Of a DNA stretch of 64,000 nt, positions 32,240 to 43,871 are shown one piece after another. The position numbers and the translations under genes were made by a program. Below the pieces are notes generated by a model. The model saw only the letters and a program-made list of their open reading frames with translations, had not been told where the DNA came from and made no database searches. The first letter of the stretch is position 1, and every line of letters begins with the position of its first letter. Origin of the DNA: Diplonema japonicum (Eukaryota; Protista; Euglenozoa: Diplonemea); assembly GCA_964019335.1 (NCBI GenBank), contig OZ025734.1, forward strand, positions 310,001 through 374,000, written 5' to 3'.

Positions 32240-33115
32240 TCACAGCAGTGCGATGACCTTGGTGGTGGCGACCTGCTGCTCCCTCACGCAGGAGGAAAGG
32301 TACATCCTCGAGACCTCTCTTGCTGTGTGCTGCGCGTGCTTCATCTGAGACATGAGCACAGGTTGCATTCCTTCTGCCGCCAGACATTCCTTCTCGAAGC
32401 CCCTCATGTTCTGCAGACACATTGCTGCAAGCTTTTCTACTGCCTCCACTCGAGACCCCGCCAGAGCCAGCTGCTGTAGTTGGTGTTGGTGTTGGTGTTG
32501 GTGTTGCTGTTGCTGTTGCTGTCTGTTCCCCAAGTCATCCAGCCCTGTCCCCGCCGTTGTGGTGGTCCTCGGAGTGGCGCCTGTGTCTTGTGTTGGTGGT
32601 GGTGATGATGATGATGATGGTGGCGGTGGTGGGGGCCTTGGAGTGATACGCTCTTCAGCCAACGCCATCGCCTTTGGTTGTGGTGTCATCAAGGGCTCCT
32701 GCAGCAGCGGCCTTGCCTGCGGCTCCATCACAGTTCCTTGCTGAACACATCCTTCCTCTTCCTTTTCTTCTTCTGGCTGGTCTCTGCTGGTTCTCCTTCC
32801 CGGTGTTCTCTGATGCTGCACTTCTCGTGGCACGGGTGGTGCCGGTGGTGGGAGGAGCGGTGGCTGTGGTGTCGCGGCTTGCTGCCCAGCAGCAGCACCC
32901 ACGTCGCCGACTGGTCCATCGTACTTCAACTTCTCCTCCATCCCGAACATGAAGCCGTCCCCGTCCATCAGCACGTCGCCCTCTACTTCCACCCCCCACA
33001 TCCCTTCCTCTACCTCCCCTCCCAGCAGCCCCTCCCCCAGGAACGTGTCACCTTCCATCTCAGACAAAAACGCCATTTCGTCTTGTGTATGTAACCTGTG
33101 CAAGAACCTTCCCAT
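32240..33115 (-). CDS. ORF-X, second identical copy
   Basis: Identical translation to 8400-9275. Confidence 0.6.
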   Translation of the reverse strand: MGRFLHRLHTQDEMAFLSEMEGDTFLGEGLLGGEVEEGMWGVEVEGDVLMDGDGFMFGMEEKLKYDGPVGDVGAAAGQQAATPQPPLLPPPAPPVPREVQHQRTPGRRTSRDQPEEEKEEEGCVQQGTVMEPQARPLLQEPLMTPQPKAMALAEERITPRPPPPPPSSSSSPPPTQDTGATPRTTTTAGTGLDDLGNRQQQQQQHQHQHQHQLQQLALAGSRVEAVEKLAAMCLQNMRGFEKECLAAEGMQPVLMSQMKHAQHTAREVSRMYLSSCVREQQVATTKVIALL

Positions 33116-33148
33116 CCCCTGATGTGCTTCCCTGCACGTTGGATGCGA

Positions 33149-33185
<37 letters not shown>

Positions 33186-33246
33186 CAATTCTGGGTGGCA
33201 CGACTGGGAATATTTTTTCCTCGTTCTTTTTTTTTTTCTTTTTTAG

Positions 33247-34519
33247 TCAGCAGGCAATAAGAACATTCGCATTGCAGGCTTGCTGCTCAGAAGTCTAACA
33301 CGTGATTGAGGTTGCCGTGTGGTCATCATGCAGAGGGGGTCACAGAAGATGGTCAAAGCTGGGGGAGACACATGTCAGAAAGGACAAGTCACGGTGCACT
33401 CCGCAAAGTGTGCAAAAGTCCTACCCTTCGAAATGTCATATCTGACACAAGCGCGAAGACCTAACGCTGCACAGGTGTCTGTCGCAGCAACGAAAGGCGC
33501 TTAAGCTGTGTGGGCCGTCTCTTTTAGGATTCATCTCAGAGAGGACAAGTCACGGTGCACTCCGCAAAGGGGTCATCAGAGGCCGTGTGCAAAACTCTTA
33601 TGGTTTTCACCTTCCGCGTATCGGGAAACATTCCCTCTTCTCATGTTTTATTTTCTCTTGGCTTTTGTTCAGAAGGAATCCAACTTTTTTCAAAAATATC
33701 GATCTCAGCTGGAAAAGGCGAACCCTTTCCATCGAGTGGTTAATTAAACATGTATTTTGAACGATCATCATTTTTGCAAAAACCCAACACACAGCCAAGT
33801 AGATCACATCTCAGAGAGGACAAGTCACGGTGCACTCCGCAAAGGGGTCATCAGAGGCCGTGTGCAAAACTCTTTTATAATACATAACATATCGGTAGAG
33901 GTGCTGCTCGGGACGCTCTGCACGGTACTTCACCGTCTCTCCCCGTCAGCGGTAAGTTCACTCTGCCGCATGGGGAGGCAGCCAGAATCCAGAATGAGGG
34001 TGTGGCCATCGGCCGTGTCCACAAAGTTCTTGCCTTCCACAGGGGAGGGGTCAGCAGGCAATAAGAACATTCGCATTGCAGGCTTGCTGCTCAGAAGTCT
34101 AACACGTGATTGAGGTTGCCGTGTGGTCATCATGCAGAGGGGGTCACAGAAGATGGTCAAAGCTGGGGGACTTCATCGAAATGTCATATCTGACACAAGC
34201 GCGAAGACCTAACGCTGCACAGGTGTCTGTCGCAGCAACGAAAGGCGCTTAAGCTGTGTGGGCCGTCTCTTTTAGGATTCATCTCAGAGAGGACAAGTCA
34301 CGGTGCACTCCGCAAAGGGGTCATCAGAGGCCGTGTGCAAAACTCTTATGGTTTTCACCTTCCGCGTATCGGGAAACATTCCCTCTTCTCATGTTTTATT
34401 TTCTCTTGGCTTTTGTTCAGAAGGAATCCAACTTTTTTCAAAAATATCGATCTCAGCTGGAAAAGGCGAACCCTTTCCATCGAGTGGTTAATTAAACATG
34501 TATTTTGAACGATCATCAT
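33247..34519 (-). ncRNA. snoRNA array 4 (CD1, AGA1b, AGA2, AGA1, CD2, AGA1, CD1, AGA2, AGA1, CD2)
   Basis: Same modules, lying between ORF-X and EFL. Confidence 0.85.
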
Positions 34520-34924
34520 TTTTCTTTCCACCAAGGTTGTGTTGCACTCAAAACGCAAGAAAAAAAAAAAAAAAAAAAAAAAAGAAAAAAAAATGACATT
34601 TAAAAAAAGAAGCCAAAATGAAGATTTAAAAAAGAAACAAGATAAAGTTCACAAAAATAGAAAACTGAAAAACAAAAAGCTGAACGTTCCGAGTTTGCAG
34701 GTAAGGTAACACAAAGCGGAGTGATGTGTGCCAAAAGCCAACACCATCAAAAGTGCCACGAAGTGGGAACGAGAAGGGTTGGTGGACACACCACTGCAAA
34801 GCTTCAAGAAAAAAAAGGGGGGGGGGGGAATGGAAAATGATTCAAAAACTCTTTTTGATTTTCTCTCAACTCAACTCAATAACTAAAAGTCCCCCCCACC
34901 ACCACGACCACCACCACCACCTAT

Positions 34925-36550
34925 CTACTTCTTCTTAGCGATGACCTTCTCAGTGGTCTTGGTGACCTTGCCAAGCATGACGACCCCGTTGCCCTCCATG
35001 ATGGCGACACGGGAGAGACCCTCGCAGTTCTTGAAGGTGTCGACGACGAGGGGCTGCTGGGGGGCGAAGACGACCTCAGCCATCTCGTTGGCCTTCAGGC
35101 AGTGGGGCTCCTCCGCCTTCTTCCCGCCAGTCTCCTTCCCCATCTTCCACACCAGCTGGGTCATCCTCACGGCGGACCTCCCCGTCCTCACGAAGCACAC
35201 GGGGGTGTACCCGACCTTCAGCTCACCGGGGTGGTCCAGGATCTGCACCTGCGCGTTGAAGGTCCCGGCCTCCTTCAGGGAGGCGTCCTTCTTGTAGATC
35301 ATCACGTCACCGGTCCTCGGCATGTTGTCCTTGTTGAGACCCTTCACGTTCAGCCCCACGTTGTCACCAGCCTTGGCGTCCTCGCACCTCTTGTGGTGCA
35401 TCTCGCAGGTGAAGACCTTCCCCACGCAAGCGTTGGCGGCCGTGTGGGTGGGGAGGAAGAGCACTTCCTCACCTGGCTTCACGATACCTTGCTCCACACG
35501 GCCGGTAATAACATCACCGACACCCTTGATCTGTGTTTTTGTGTTGTGTTGGTGTTGGTGTTGTGTTGGTGTTGTGTTGGTGTTGTGTTGTGTTGTGTTG
35601 TGTTGTGTTGGTGTTGTGTTGTGTTGTGTTGTGTTGTGTTGTGTTGTGTTGGTGTTGTGTTGTGTTGTGTTGTGTTGGTGTTGTGTTGTGTTGTGTTGTG
35701 TTGTGTTGAGTGTGTGTTTTCTTTCGTGTCTTCTCTCACATACCTTGTACACACCCGAAACAGGCATCCTCATAGGAGCATCGTTCTTCCTCTCAGGCAT
35801 CCTCACCATCTTGTCAAGGGCATCAACAAGGGTGTCGATGTGAAGCTTCTCGTCAGCCCCGACGAGGACATCCTGACCCTTCCACCAGTCCATCTTAGTC
35901 GACTTCTTCAGAAGGTTGTCACCGATCCAACCCGAGATGGGGAGGACGGGGACGTTCTTCTCAACGAAGTCCTTCTTCCAACCGGTCTTCACCAACATGC
36001 TCTTCATCTCCTCCTTGATCTCGTTGTACCTCTCCTCCTTGTACTGCGCGACGTCGCAGTCCATCTTGTTGATCCCGACGATGAGCTGCTTCACACCGAG
36101 CAGGTTGATGAGACGGGCGTGCTGCCTGGTCTGCCCCTGGATCTCACCAGCCTTGTGGTTCCCCCTCGCGATCGCCGACACGAAGTTCCCGTCAGCGGGG
36201 ATCATCAGGAGCGCCACGTCCGCCTGCGAGGCCCCGGTGATCATGTTCTTGATGAAGTCCCTGTGCCCAGGGGCGTCGATCACCGTGTAGTGCCACTTCT
36301 CCGTGAAGAACTCCTTCGTCGTGCAGGCGATCGTCACACCACGCTCACGCTCCTCCTTCTGCCTGTCCATGTAGAAGGCGAAGGCGAAGGACTGCTTCCC
36401 GAGACGCTCCGCCTCAGCCTTCAACTTCTCCATCTCACGCTCGGGTATCCCACCCAGCTCGAAGAGGAGACGCCCCGTCGTCGTCGACTTCCCAGAGTCC
36501 ACGTGACCGCAGATCACGATCGACAAGTGCTGCTTACCGTCCGTTGCCAT
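34925..36550 (-). CDS. EFL: Elongation factor-like GTPase (EFL), copy 2; intron 35531-35743
   Basis: Same protein as copy 1; differs in intron microsatellite length. Confidence 0.95.
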   Translation of the reverse strand: MATDGKQHLSIVICGHVDSGKSTTTGRLLFELGGIPEREMEKLKAEAERLGKQSFAFAFYMDRQKEERERGVTIACTTKEFFTEKWHYTVIDAPGHRDFIKNMITGASQADVALLMIPADGNFVSAIARGNHKAGEIQGQTRQHARLINLLGVKQLIVGINKMDCDVAQYKEERYNEIKEEMKSMLVKTGWKKDFVEKNVPVLPISGWIGDNLLKKSTKMDWWKGQDVLVGADEKLHIDTLVDALDKMVRMPERKNDAPMRMPVSGVYKVCERRHERKHTLNTTQHNTTQHQHNTTQHNTNTTQHNTTQHNTTPTQHNTTQHNTNTTPTQHQHQHNTKTQIKGVGDVITGRVEQGIVKPGEEVLFLPTHTAANACVGKVFTCEMHHKRCEDAKAGDNVGLNVKGLNKDNMPRTGDVMIYKKDASLKEAGTFNAQVQILDHPGELKVGYTPVCFVRTGRSAVRMTQLVWKMGKETGGKKAEEPHCLKANEMAEVVFAPQQPLVVDTFKNCEGLSRVAIMEGNGVVMLGKVTKTTEKVIAKKK

Positions 36551-36968
36551 CTTTAGTTTTTCTCTTTTTAACTTGCTGCCCCTGTAGGTGCAGGTGTGTG
36601 GGTTTGTGGGGGGTGGGGAGAATAGTAGAAGGACAATATAAAAAAAAAAGGTCGTCTCGATTGTAGTGGTGCCATGCATGTAGTATGTGACAAGGAATGT
36701 AAAAGTGGAGAGGCAAAGAAAGCCTTTTGAAATAGGGAGAGGGGCCACAGAAGCAATTAAGCACCAACTGGAAAGTATGTTGTGGGAGGTATGCTTCACT
36801 GGCACAAGTTCGCGGAGAGGCTACAACCTGGGTGGTTTCCTGATGAAGACGTGACTAGTAAGTAATTCTGTGTGCGGTGTGATTGTAGAAGGTGGCACTA
36901 GGAAGAATGAAAGAAACAGGTGTGAGAAAGAAGAGATAACAATAACAACACTAGCTCTTCACTGCCTT

Positions 36969-37600
36969 TCATCGTGGTCTTCGTACTTCCTTTTCACACC
37001 CCTCTTCAGCGACCTGACCATTAAGTGCTGCCACATGAAGGTAGGAGGTTCCGTCATCATCCACAAGGCTGGGGTCAAGCTTGCACTCTTCGATGAAATA
37101 CCTCATCACATCAAGGTACCTGACAACATGCAAGTGGTTGCTACACACAGCAAGGTCTATGGGTGCCATGCCTCTATTGTCTCCCAAATTGGGGTCCAGC
37201 TTAAAGTCACTCACGAGCCACTCCAGTGATAGGATTGTTTTGGTTGCTACCTGCAGCCTTCCAACTTTAGAACTTTTGTTTGTTGTCCGGTTTCGCTGGT
37301 GTGATTGGGAAGAAGGGCAGCATAGTCCCCCCCCCCCCCCCCCGTGTTTTTTTCTTTTCTTTAGGGACCGATTTTTGACTATTCTGAGGAATTTGTGTTT
37401 CCAACGAAACAAGCAAGCGTGCCGACTTCTACGAAGATACACAAAGTATCGTGGCTGGTGTCCTAGGTAATTTCTGCATGGCGTTTGGCATGGCATCCCG
37501 AGCAGCACTTGAATGTGGACGAACGCATAATCCCACATACTGGGGACTTCTGCGACAGCCTCGGCGAACACATGTGATATTAGTTTCTTTAGAGGAAGGG
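36969..37600 (-). pseudogene. Ankyrin fragments plus piggyBac remnant (duplicate of 3770-4400)
   Basis: Near identity to 3770-4400. Confidence 0.75.
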
Positions 37601-39441
37601 TTTTTTTTTTTTTAAACCTGTCTTGAGAGTTGGGTGTTGTTGTAGATTAGTCAGCAAGAAAAGGGAGGTGAAAAGAACAAAATGTCAAAGCAGGGAGGGA
37701 GGGAGGGAGGAATAGAGTCGTTGCGGTTTCATTACCCCATCGCGATTATAGAAGAAAAAGAAAAATGGGGACGGAGACAATCGAGTTCTTTTTTTTATTC
37801 TCCCATTTTTCGCGATGATGGGGTGGGGAGGAGTGTAGTGATGAACCCCATCGGCAGTAGGGGAAGAAAAAGAAAAATGGGGCTTTGGTTGCAACACTAT
37901 TTGGCGTTAAGTGTGCAGCGAAAAAAAAAAGGGGGGGGGAAATAAATAAATAAAGAAAATGTGAGTTAAAGGAGTGAGAAGAGAAAAGAATAAAAAGAAT
38001 CTTTATTCGTGCTTTTTAATTATTATTTACACTCTTTTGAAATTACTCTCGGGGGGGGGTGCCAAATCTCATTACCTCATGGCGGAGAAATAGGGGTTTT
38101 CGGTAAATAATATGCCTTTGGGCAACTTTTTTCCTTTCAGTTTGCCAATTTCCCCCGGGTTCAGCTCAATTGGCCAACTTTTGCCTCGGCTTATTACCAA
38201 GTTTGCCCATTTTTGCCTAGGTTTCCCCCTCTTGTTGTACCCTTTGCCACCTCATGGTGAAGTAATTTCAGAGAGTTGTGAAATAAAACCACTTATTATT
38301 CGCCGAGGAATGACTTTACCGGCTCTCGGTTGCACTTTTAAAATGCGGAACCTCGAGATAACGGTAAAGTCATTAGCTCATGTTGGCAGTAAATAGCTAT
38401 TTTTTTTTTTTTTTTTTTTTTATTTTTGTGTGTGTCTTTCTTTTTTCTTTTTTTTCTTCTTCAATTGTTATTTCTTTCTTCGGATTCTGGGAAAAAAAGA
38501 AATTGTGAAAAAATAAAGGTGGGAAAAGAAACAAAAAAAAAAAAAAAAAAAAAAACAAAAAAAAAAACTAGTTGTTCTGTTGTTGTAGCCCCAAATGGTG
38601 TTTCTCTCACTAGATATATCTTTGTGTTTTGCGTGCAACTTTATACAGTTTTCTTCTTCTTGTTTCTTTTCTTGTAAAAAGAAAAAGAGGAAGAAACTTT
38701 AAAGGAAACATAAAGGATACCTTGTACCGTATACTTTGTTGCACAGCATTCTTTTTAGATAACTACAACAAACAACGAGTCCTTCTATTTTTGTCATAAA
38801 ATTGTTCAAAGAGCCTTTAAAAAAAAAAAAAATACAGTTCAGAGTACGAGTCAGCAAATCCTGAGATAGAATACTGCATGTTGCCACTTTTTTTTTTTTT
38901 TTTTTTTTTTTTTTGTTCATCAAGAAACTGGGCCGCCCTTTCTGAATACAAAAGAAATGATAGGTAATAGTGACAATGCGAAATTCGTGGATTTTTTTTT
39001 CTTGTATTTTTTTTTTTTTTTTTTTTTTGAATTTATTTGTGCAAGCTTCTTTTCCTTTAGTGCAATAGGGAGAGAGTATAGAAAAGCTTATAAGTGGTTC
39101 ACTCCTTTTCAAGAGTAACCAACCCTTCCAAAGAAACAAAAAACAAAAAAAAAAAAAAAGCAGCAAAAATGTTTTGCTTTAAAAACTTTTTTTCCTCTAT
39201 TTTTTTTTTCTTTCTTCTTCATTCCCCTACCTTTTTTTCATTCAAAGGTAGAAAAAAAAACAAACAAATGTTGAGTTTTCCTACCAAGTTTAAAAGCAAG
39301 AAGGGGACGGGAAAGGAAATATGAAGAAGAAAAGGAGAAGAAAAAGTGGGGAAAAAAAAAAAAAAAAAGCCAAGTGAAGAAAGAAAACAACACGTTAGTA
39401 GAAAAAGGGAGAAAAGGTAGTAGTTTTCAGCTTTTGCCTGA

Positions 39442-40923
39442 TCACGGGTTGGCCAAACACTCGCACTTGGAAGGCGGGCAAGGACCACCACACCCAACCC
39501 TCGTCGGCTTCGGGCACCACGGGTCAGCCAGCTCGCCAATCTTACTGAAGATCACGAAGGAGGTGGCCTCCTCGGTGGTCGGGGGAAGGAGCAGCGAACC
39601 CCCTGCCTCCACCTGAACCCTGTACGACACCATTCTCTGTGCCGTGGACCCCCACTTGGGAGCGCAGGAGGCCGACTCGAACCCAGACAGAGGGAGCAGG
39701 GCGGGGAAGCCACCGTTCACCTTCCCCGAGCACGGAGGGCAGTGGTAGTGCGACAGGATGAACTCGCAGACCTCCGTCCCGCAGCAGCTGAGCTTCATGG
39801 GGGTCCCCTTCGGCACGGGCCCAGCAGGGGTGTGCACCTGCATCTCCCTCATGTTCTCGGGGATCATCGTCAGCACCGCCTCGCTGTTGCTGAAGGACTC
39901 CATCCCGTTCACATTGGTTGCAGGGACGGTGGTCCCACCCACGATCACCCTTGTCTCAGGGGTGGTGCAGCTCACATCCTCCACATCCTCGTCAGCAAGG
40001 ATCTTGTCGACGGGACCGCACCCGGGCCTCGACACCAACACACGCACCTTGCGGGGAGCAGTCCCGCCACAGGTCGCCGACACGAGACCGCAGAAGTCGT
40101 GCTCCGCACAGGCAAGGCTCCCAGCAGCCTTCGTCACAACGGTGTCGGGGGTCTCGTCACCCCACTTGAAGGTGAAGGTCAGCATCTCGCCCAGGTTGTC
40201 CGACTCCACGAGGGTGCAGAAGGTCTCCTTCCCTGCTGTCTGGGGGTAGGGGGCGACACCGGTGTCCACAGAGGTCACCACAGGGCGCAGGTACACAGGC
40301 TCAGAGGTGTCCATGTCCTGTGCCGTCGACCCGTCGCCGAAGTGGAAGGACCAGGTGTTGATCCCGCGAATGAAGGTGGCATCCATCTTCAGCTCCCAGT
40401 TCAGGTTCGTGGGAAGCCCATCGATGGCACCGCCGTCGGTGTTCCCTCTGAACCTCCAACGGGCGCCGATGCTGTACGGGGCGCTGGCCCCCTTGTTGTG
40501 GTTGATGTTGCCGAGAGTAGTGCTGGTGGTCCAGTCCCACTCATTCGCATGGTCGTCCCTCTCCGCGATGCTGACCCCCTCTGGGATACCCGTCACAAGA
40601 GCGTCGATCGCAGCAGAGGGCTGACTCCCGTGGTCGATCCCGTGCGTCCAGAAGAAGGACAGGTGCGTGGGGTTGTTGAGGTCCCTGAAGAGGAACATGT
40701 TCGAGACACGCGCCTTCTCAAACCCAGTGTGGCTGCTGTCAGACCTGTAGTCGTAGAACTGCTTCGCTGTCATCGCCCTCTCCACGGCAGGGACCGTCCG
40801 GCGGTTCTTCCCGTTCTCCTGCTCCACCACGAACTGCTTCACGTTCCCCACGAAGGTGAGGGGGCATGTTTGAGCAACCGCCGTCCCAAGGGACAGCAGG
40901 ACACAGGCGAGGGCACGCGACAT
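39442..40923 (-). CDS. Secreted Cys-rich protein with a possible PKD-like domain
   Basis: Signal peptide MSRALACVLLSLGTAVA; FTFKWGDETPD and WSFHFGDGS motifs; strong GC3 bias. Confidence 0.75.
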   Translation of the reverse strand: MSRALACVLLSLGTAVAQTCPLTFVGNVKQFVVEQENGKNRRTVPAVERAMTAKQFYDYRSDSSHTGFEKARVSNMFLFRDLNNPTHLSFFWTHGIDHGSQPSAAIDALVTGIPEGVSIAERDDHANEWDWTTSTTLGNINHNKGASAPYSIGARWRFRGNTDGGAIDGLPTNLNWELKMDATFIRGINTWSFHFGDGSTAQDMDTSEPVYLRPVVTSVDTGVAPYPQTAGKETFCTLVESDNLGEMLTFTFKWGDETPDTVVTKAAGSLACAEHDFCGLVSATCGGTAPRKVRVLVSRPGCGPVDKILADEDVEDVSCTTPETRVIVGGTTVPATNVNGMESFSNSEAVLTMIPENMREMQVHTPAGPVPKGTPMKLSCCGTEVCEFILSHYHCPPCSGKVNGGFPALLPLSGFESASCAPKWGSTAQRMVSYRVQVEAGGSLLLPPTTEEATSFVIFSKIGELADPWCPKPTRVGCGGPCPPSKCECLANP

Positions 40924-41286
40924 TCTTTTAAGAAACAAATGTGAATTAAAAAAAACCCTGTTGTTTGGAGTGAGATATGTGATGAAAGAAAAAAAAAACC
41001 CTCCCCTGTGTCAAATATTTAAGGGGTGAAAAAGAATAAATACTGCATACGAAAACAGAGAGTCGGATAAAAAAGGATAAAGGTGACTGACATCCTCAAG
41101 AGGAGCCTCCCACGTACCAGGAGGTATGCTTCACTGGCACAAGTTCGCGGAGAGGCTACAACCTGGGTGGTTTCCTGCTGAAGACGTAAGTAATTCTGTG
41201 TGCGGTGTGATTGTAGAAGGTGGCACTAGGAAGAATGAAAGAAACAGGTGGGAGAAAGAAGAGATAACAATAACAACACTAGCTCT

Positions 41287-43713
41287 TCACTGCCTTTCAT
41301 CGTGGTCTTCGTACTTCCTTTTCACACCCCTCTTTTCGGGAGAAGCCTCCTTGCGCCTTGCCAGAAGAAGTGCCCGAATGGACTCAACGTTGCCCCCCTC
41401 AGCCGCGTAGAACAGTGGGGTGTGCCCCTCCCCGTCCCTCACACAAGGGTCCTGCTCGTAGGAATCCAGTAGCAGCTGCATCGTCTCAGTACAGCTTTCA
41501 GCAGCCATGTGCAAAGGAGTGAGCCCCCGATAGTCCCTCACACAAGGGTCCTGCTTGTACTCATCGATGAGGACCTTCACCACCTCCAAGCTGCCCCTTA
41601 CCGCCCTGTGTAAGGGTGTCTCGCCATCGTTATCCCTCATGTCAGGGTCCATTTTGCACTCATCAAGGAGGTACCTAATCACCTCCATGCACCCTCTAAT
41701 TGCTGCTTCGTGGATGACGGTGCTTCCATCTGACTCGGTGCAAGGGTCAAGCTTGCACTCTTCGACAAAGTACTTCACCACATCAACTTGGTTGGTCCTT
41801 GCCGCCCTGTGCAAGGGTGTGGTGCCTGTCCCATCCCCCATCCCAGGGTCAAGCTTGCAGACTTCAGTGAGATACCTGACAACATGCAGCTGTCCCTTCT
41901 CTGCTGCGATGTCCATGGGTGCGAAGCCGCCTGTGGTCCTTGAGCCAGGGTTTTGCTTGTGAACTTCGACAAGGTGCCTCACTGCCTCCAGCTGACCATA
42001 TCGTGCTGCATCCATAATCGGCGTGAATACCTTGTCCTGGACCGTCAGCTCCTGCTTGTAAACATTGACGAGACAGTCAATTGCCTCAAGCTTGCCATTC
42101 AGAGCAGCGAAGTGGAGAGGTGTGGTGCCCTTGGTGTTCCTTGCCCCAGGGTCCAGCTTGTACTTGTCGATGAGGAGCCTCATGGCCCCCACCTGACCAT
42201 TAAGTGCTGCCACATGAAGGTAGGAGGTTCCGTCATCATCCACAAGGCTGGGGTCAAGCTTGCACTCTTCGATGAAATACCTCATCACATCAACATGGTT
42301 GTGTTCTACCGCCCAGTACAAGCCACTCTTATTCTTCATCCCACCAGGGTCAACCTTGCAGACTTCAGTGAGATACCTGACAACATGCAAGCTGTTGCGA
42401 TAGACAGCAAGGTCTATGGGTGCAATGCCTCTATTGTTTCTCAAATGGGGGCGCAGCTTGTACTCGTCGATGAGGAGCCTCATGGCCTCCACATGACCAT
42501 TAATTGCTGCCACATGAAGGTAGGAGGTTCCGTCATCATCCACAAGGCTGGGGTCAAGCTTGCACTCTTCGATGAAATACCTCATCACATCAACATGGTT
42601 CTTTCTTGTCGCCCAATACAAGCCACTCTTATTCTTCATCCCACCAGGGTCAACCTTGCAGACTTCAGTGAGATACCTGACAACATGCAAGTGGTTGCTA
42701 CACACAGCAAGGTCTATGGGTGCCATGCCTCTATTGTCTCTCAAATGGGGGTCCAGCTTTAAGTCACTCACGAGCCACTCCAGTGATTGAAGCCTTCCCG
42801 CTTCCGCTGCGTGGTGGACGAGAGTTGCACCGCTGGGTTCCATAACCGCAGGGTCTTGCTTGCACTCCTCAATGAGATACTTCATAGCCTCGAACTGGCC
42901 TTTTGTGAGAAGGACTGCAACAAGGCCATCGGCAGTCGGGGTCGCAGGGTCTATCTTGCACACCTCAATGAGGTACCTCAAGGCCTCCACCTGACCCCCC
43001 AGTGCCGCCCTGTGAATGTGAGCATAGCCCTCATCGTCCTCACCGCTCGGGTCTTGCTTGCAAACTTCGACAAGATACTTCATCACATCAACGTTGTTGT
43101 ACATTGTTGCCATTTGCAAGGGTGTGGTGCCTGTCCCATCCTTCATCCCAGGGTCAAGCTTGCAGACTTCAGTGAGATACCTGACAACATGCAGCTGTCC
43201 CCACTCTGCTGCGATGTCCATGGGTGCGAAGCCACCTGTAGTCCTTGAGCCAGGGTTTTGCTTGTGAACTTCGACAAGGTGCCTCACTGCCTCCAGCTGA
43301 CCATATCGTGCTGCATACATAATAGGACTGAGGCCGAATACCTCGCCACCGACCGTCAGCTCCTGCTTGTAAACATTGACGAGACAGTCAATTGCCGCAA
43401 GCTTACCATTCCCCGCAGCGAAGTGGAGAGGTGTGGTGCCCTTGGTGTTCCTTGCCCCAGGGTCCAGCTTGTACTCGTCGATGAGGAGCCTCATGGCAGC
43501 GACCTGACCGTGCTTTGCTGCAGTGTGCAAAGCTGTCAAACCACGCGGACCAGTCACACTTCTGTGGACCCCGTACTTCTGAATGATTGCCTTCATGTGT
43601 TGGAGGTTGCCTGTCGCAGCAGCGGACTCCACCTCGCCAAACACTAAACTGTCACAACCGGCAGTACACATGTCAGGTACACTGCCCGCAGCATCGATGC
43701 CATGCAGCCCCAT
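41287..43713 (-). CDS. Ankyrin-repeat protein (808 aa), intact source of the nearby fragments
   Basis: About 20 G-x-TPLH-x-AA-x-x-G-type repeats with internal near-identical blocks (e.g. a 300-bp period at 42150-42750). Confidence 0.92.
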   Translation of the reverse strand: MGLHGIDAAGSVPDMCTAGCDSLVFGEVESAAATGNLQHMKAIIQKYGVHRSVTGPRGLTALHTAAKHGQVAAMRLLIDEYKLDPGARNTKGTTPLHFAAGNGKLAAIDCLVNVYKQELTVGGEVFGLSPIMYAARYGQLEAVRHLVEVHKQNPGSRTTGGFAPMDIAAEWGQLHVVRYLTEVCKLDPGMKDGTGTTPLQMATMYNNVDVMKYLVEVCKQDPSGEDDEGYAHIHRAALGGQVEALRYLIEVCKIDPATPTADGLVAVLLTKGQFEAMKYLIEECKQDPAVMEPSGATLVHHAAEAGRLQSLEWLVSDLKLDPHLRDNRGMAPIDLAVCSNHLHVVRYLTEVCKVDPGGMKNKSGLYWATRKNHVDVMRYFIEECKLDPSLVDDDGTSYLHVAAINGHVEAMRLLIDEYKLRPHLRNNRGIAPIDLAVYRNSLHVVRYLTEVCKVDPGGMKNKSGLYWAVEHNHVDVMRYFIEECKLDPSLVDDDGTSYLHVAALNGQVGAMRLLIDKYKLDPGARNTKGTTPLHFAALNGKLEAIDCLVNVYKQELTVQDKVFTPIMDAARYGQLEAVRHLVEVHKQNPGSRTTGGFAPMDIAAEKGQLHVVRYLTEVCKLDPGMGDGTGTTPLHRAARTNQVDVVKYFVEECKLDPCTESDGSTVIHEAAIRGCMEVIRYLLDECKMDPDMRDNDGETPLHRAVRGSLEVVKVLIDEYKQDPCVRDYRGLTPLHMAAESCTETMQLLLDSYEQDPCVRDGEGHTPLFYAAEGGNVESIRALLLARRKEASPEKRGVKRKYEDHDERQ

Positions 43714-43871
43714 TCCGTGCCAATGATGTCAAGAAATTTGCACAGCAGGTACAGTTTCAGAGGCCTTACTGATGTTTTCCAGGTTGTCAAAGGCGAGGTA
43801 GGGGGTTGGCAACAGCAGGGACCCAAATAAATATTACTTCGACAATTCTCTTTTTTTTTATTTCTATTTTG

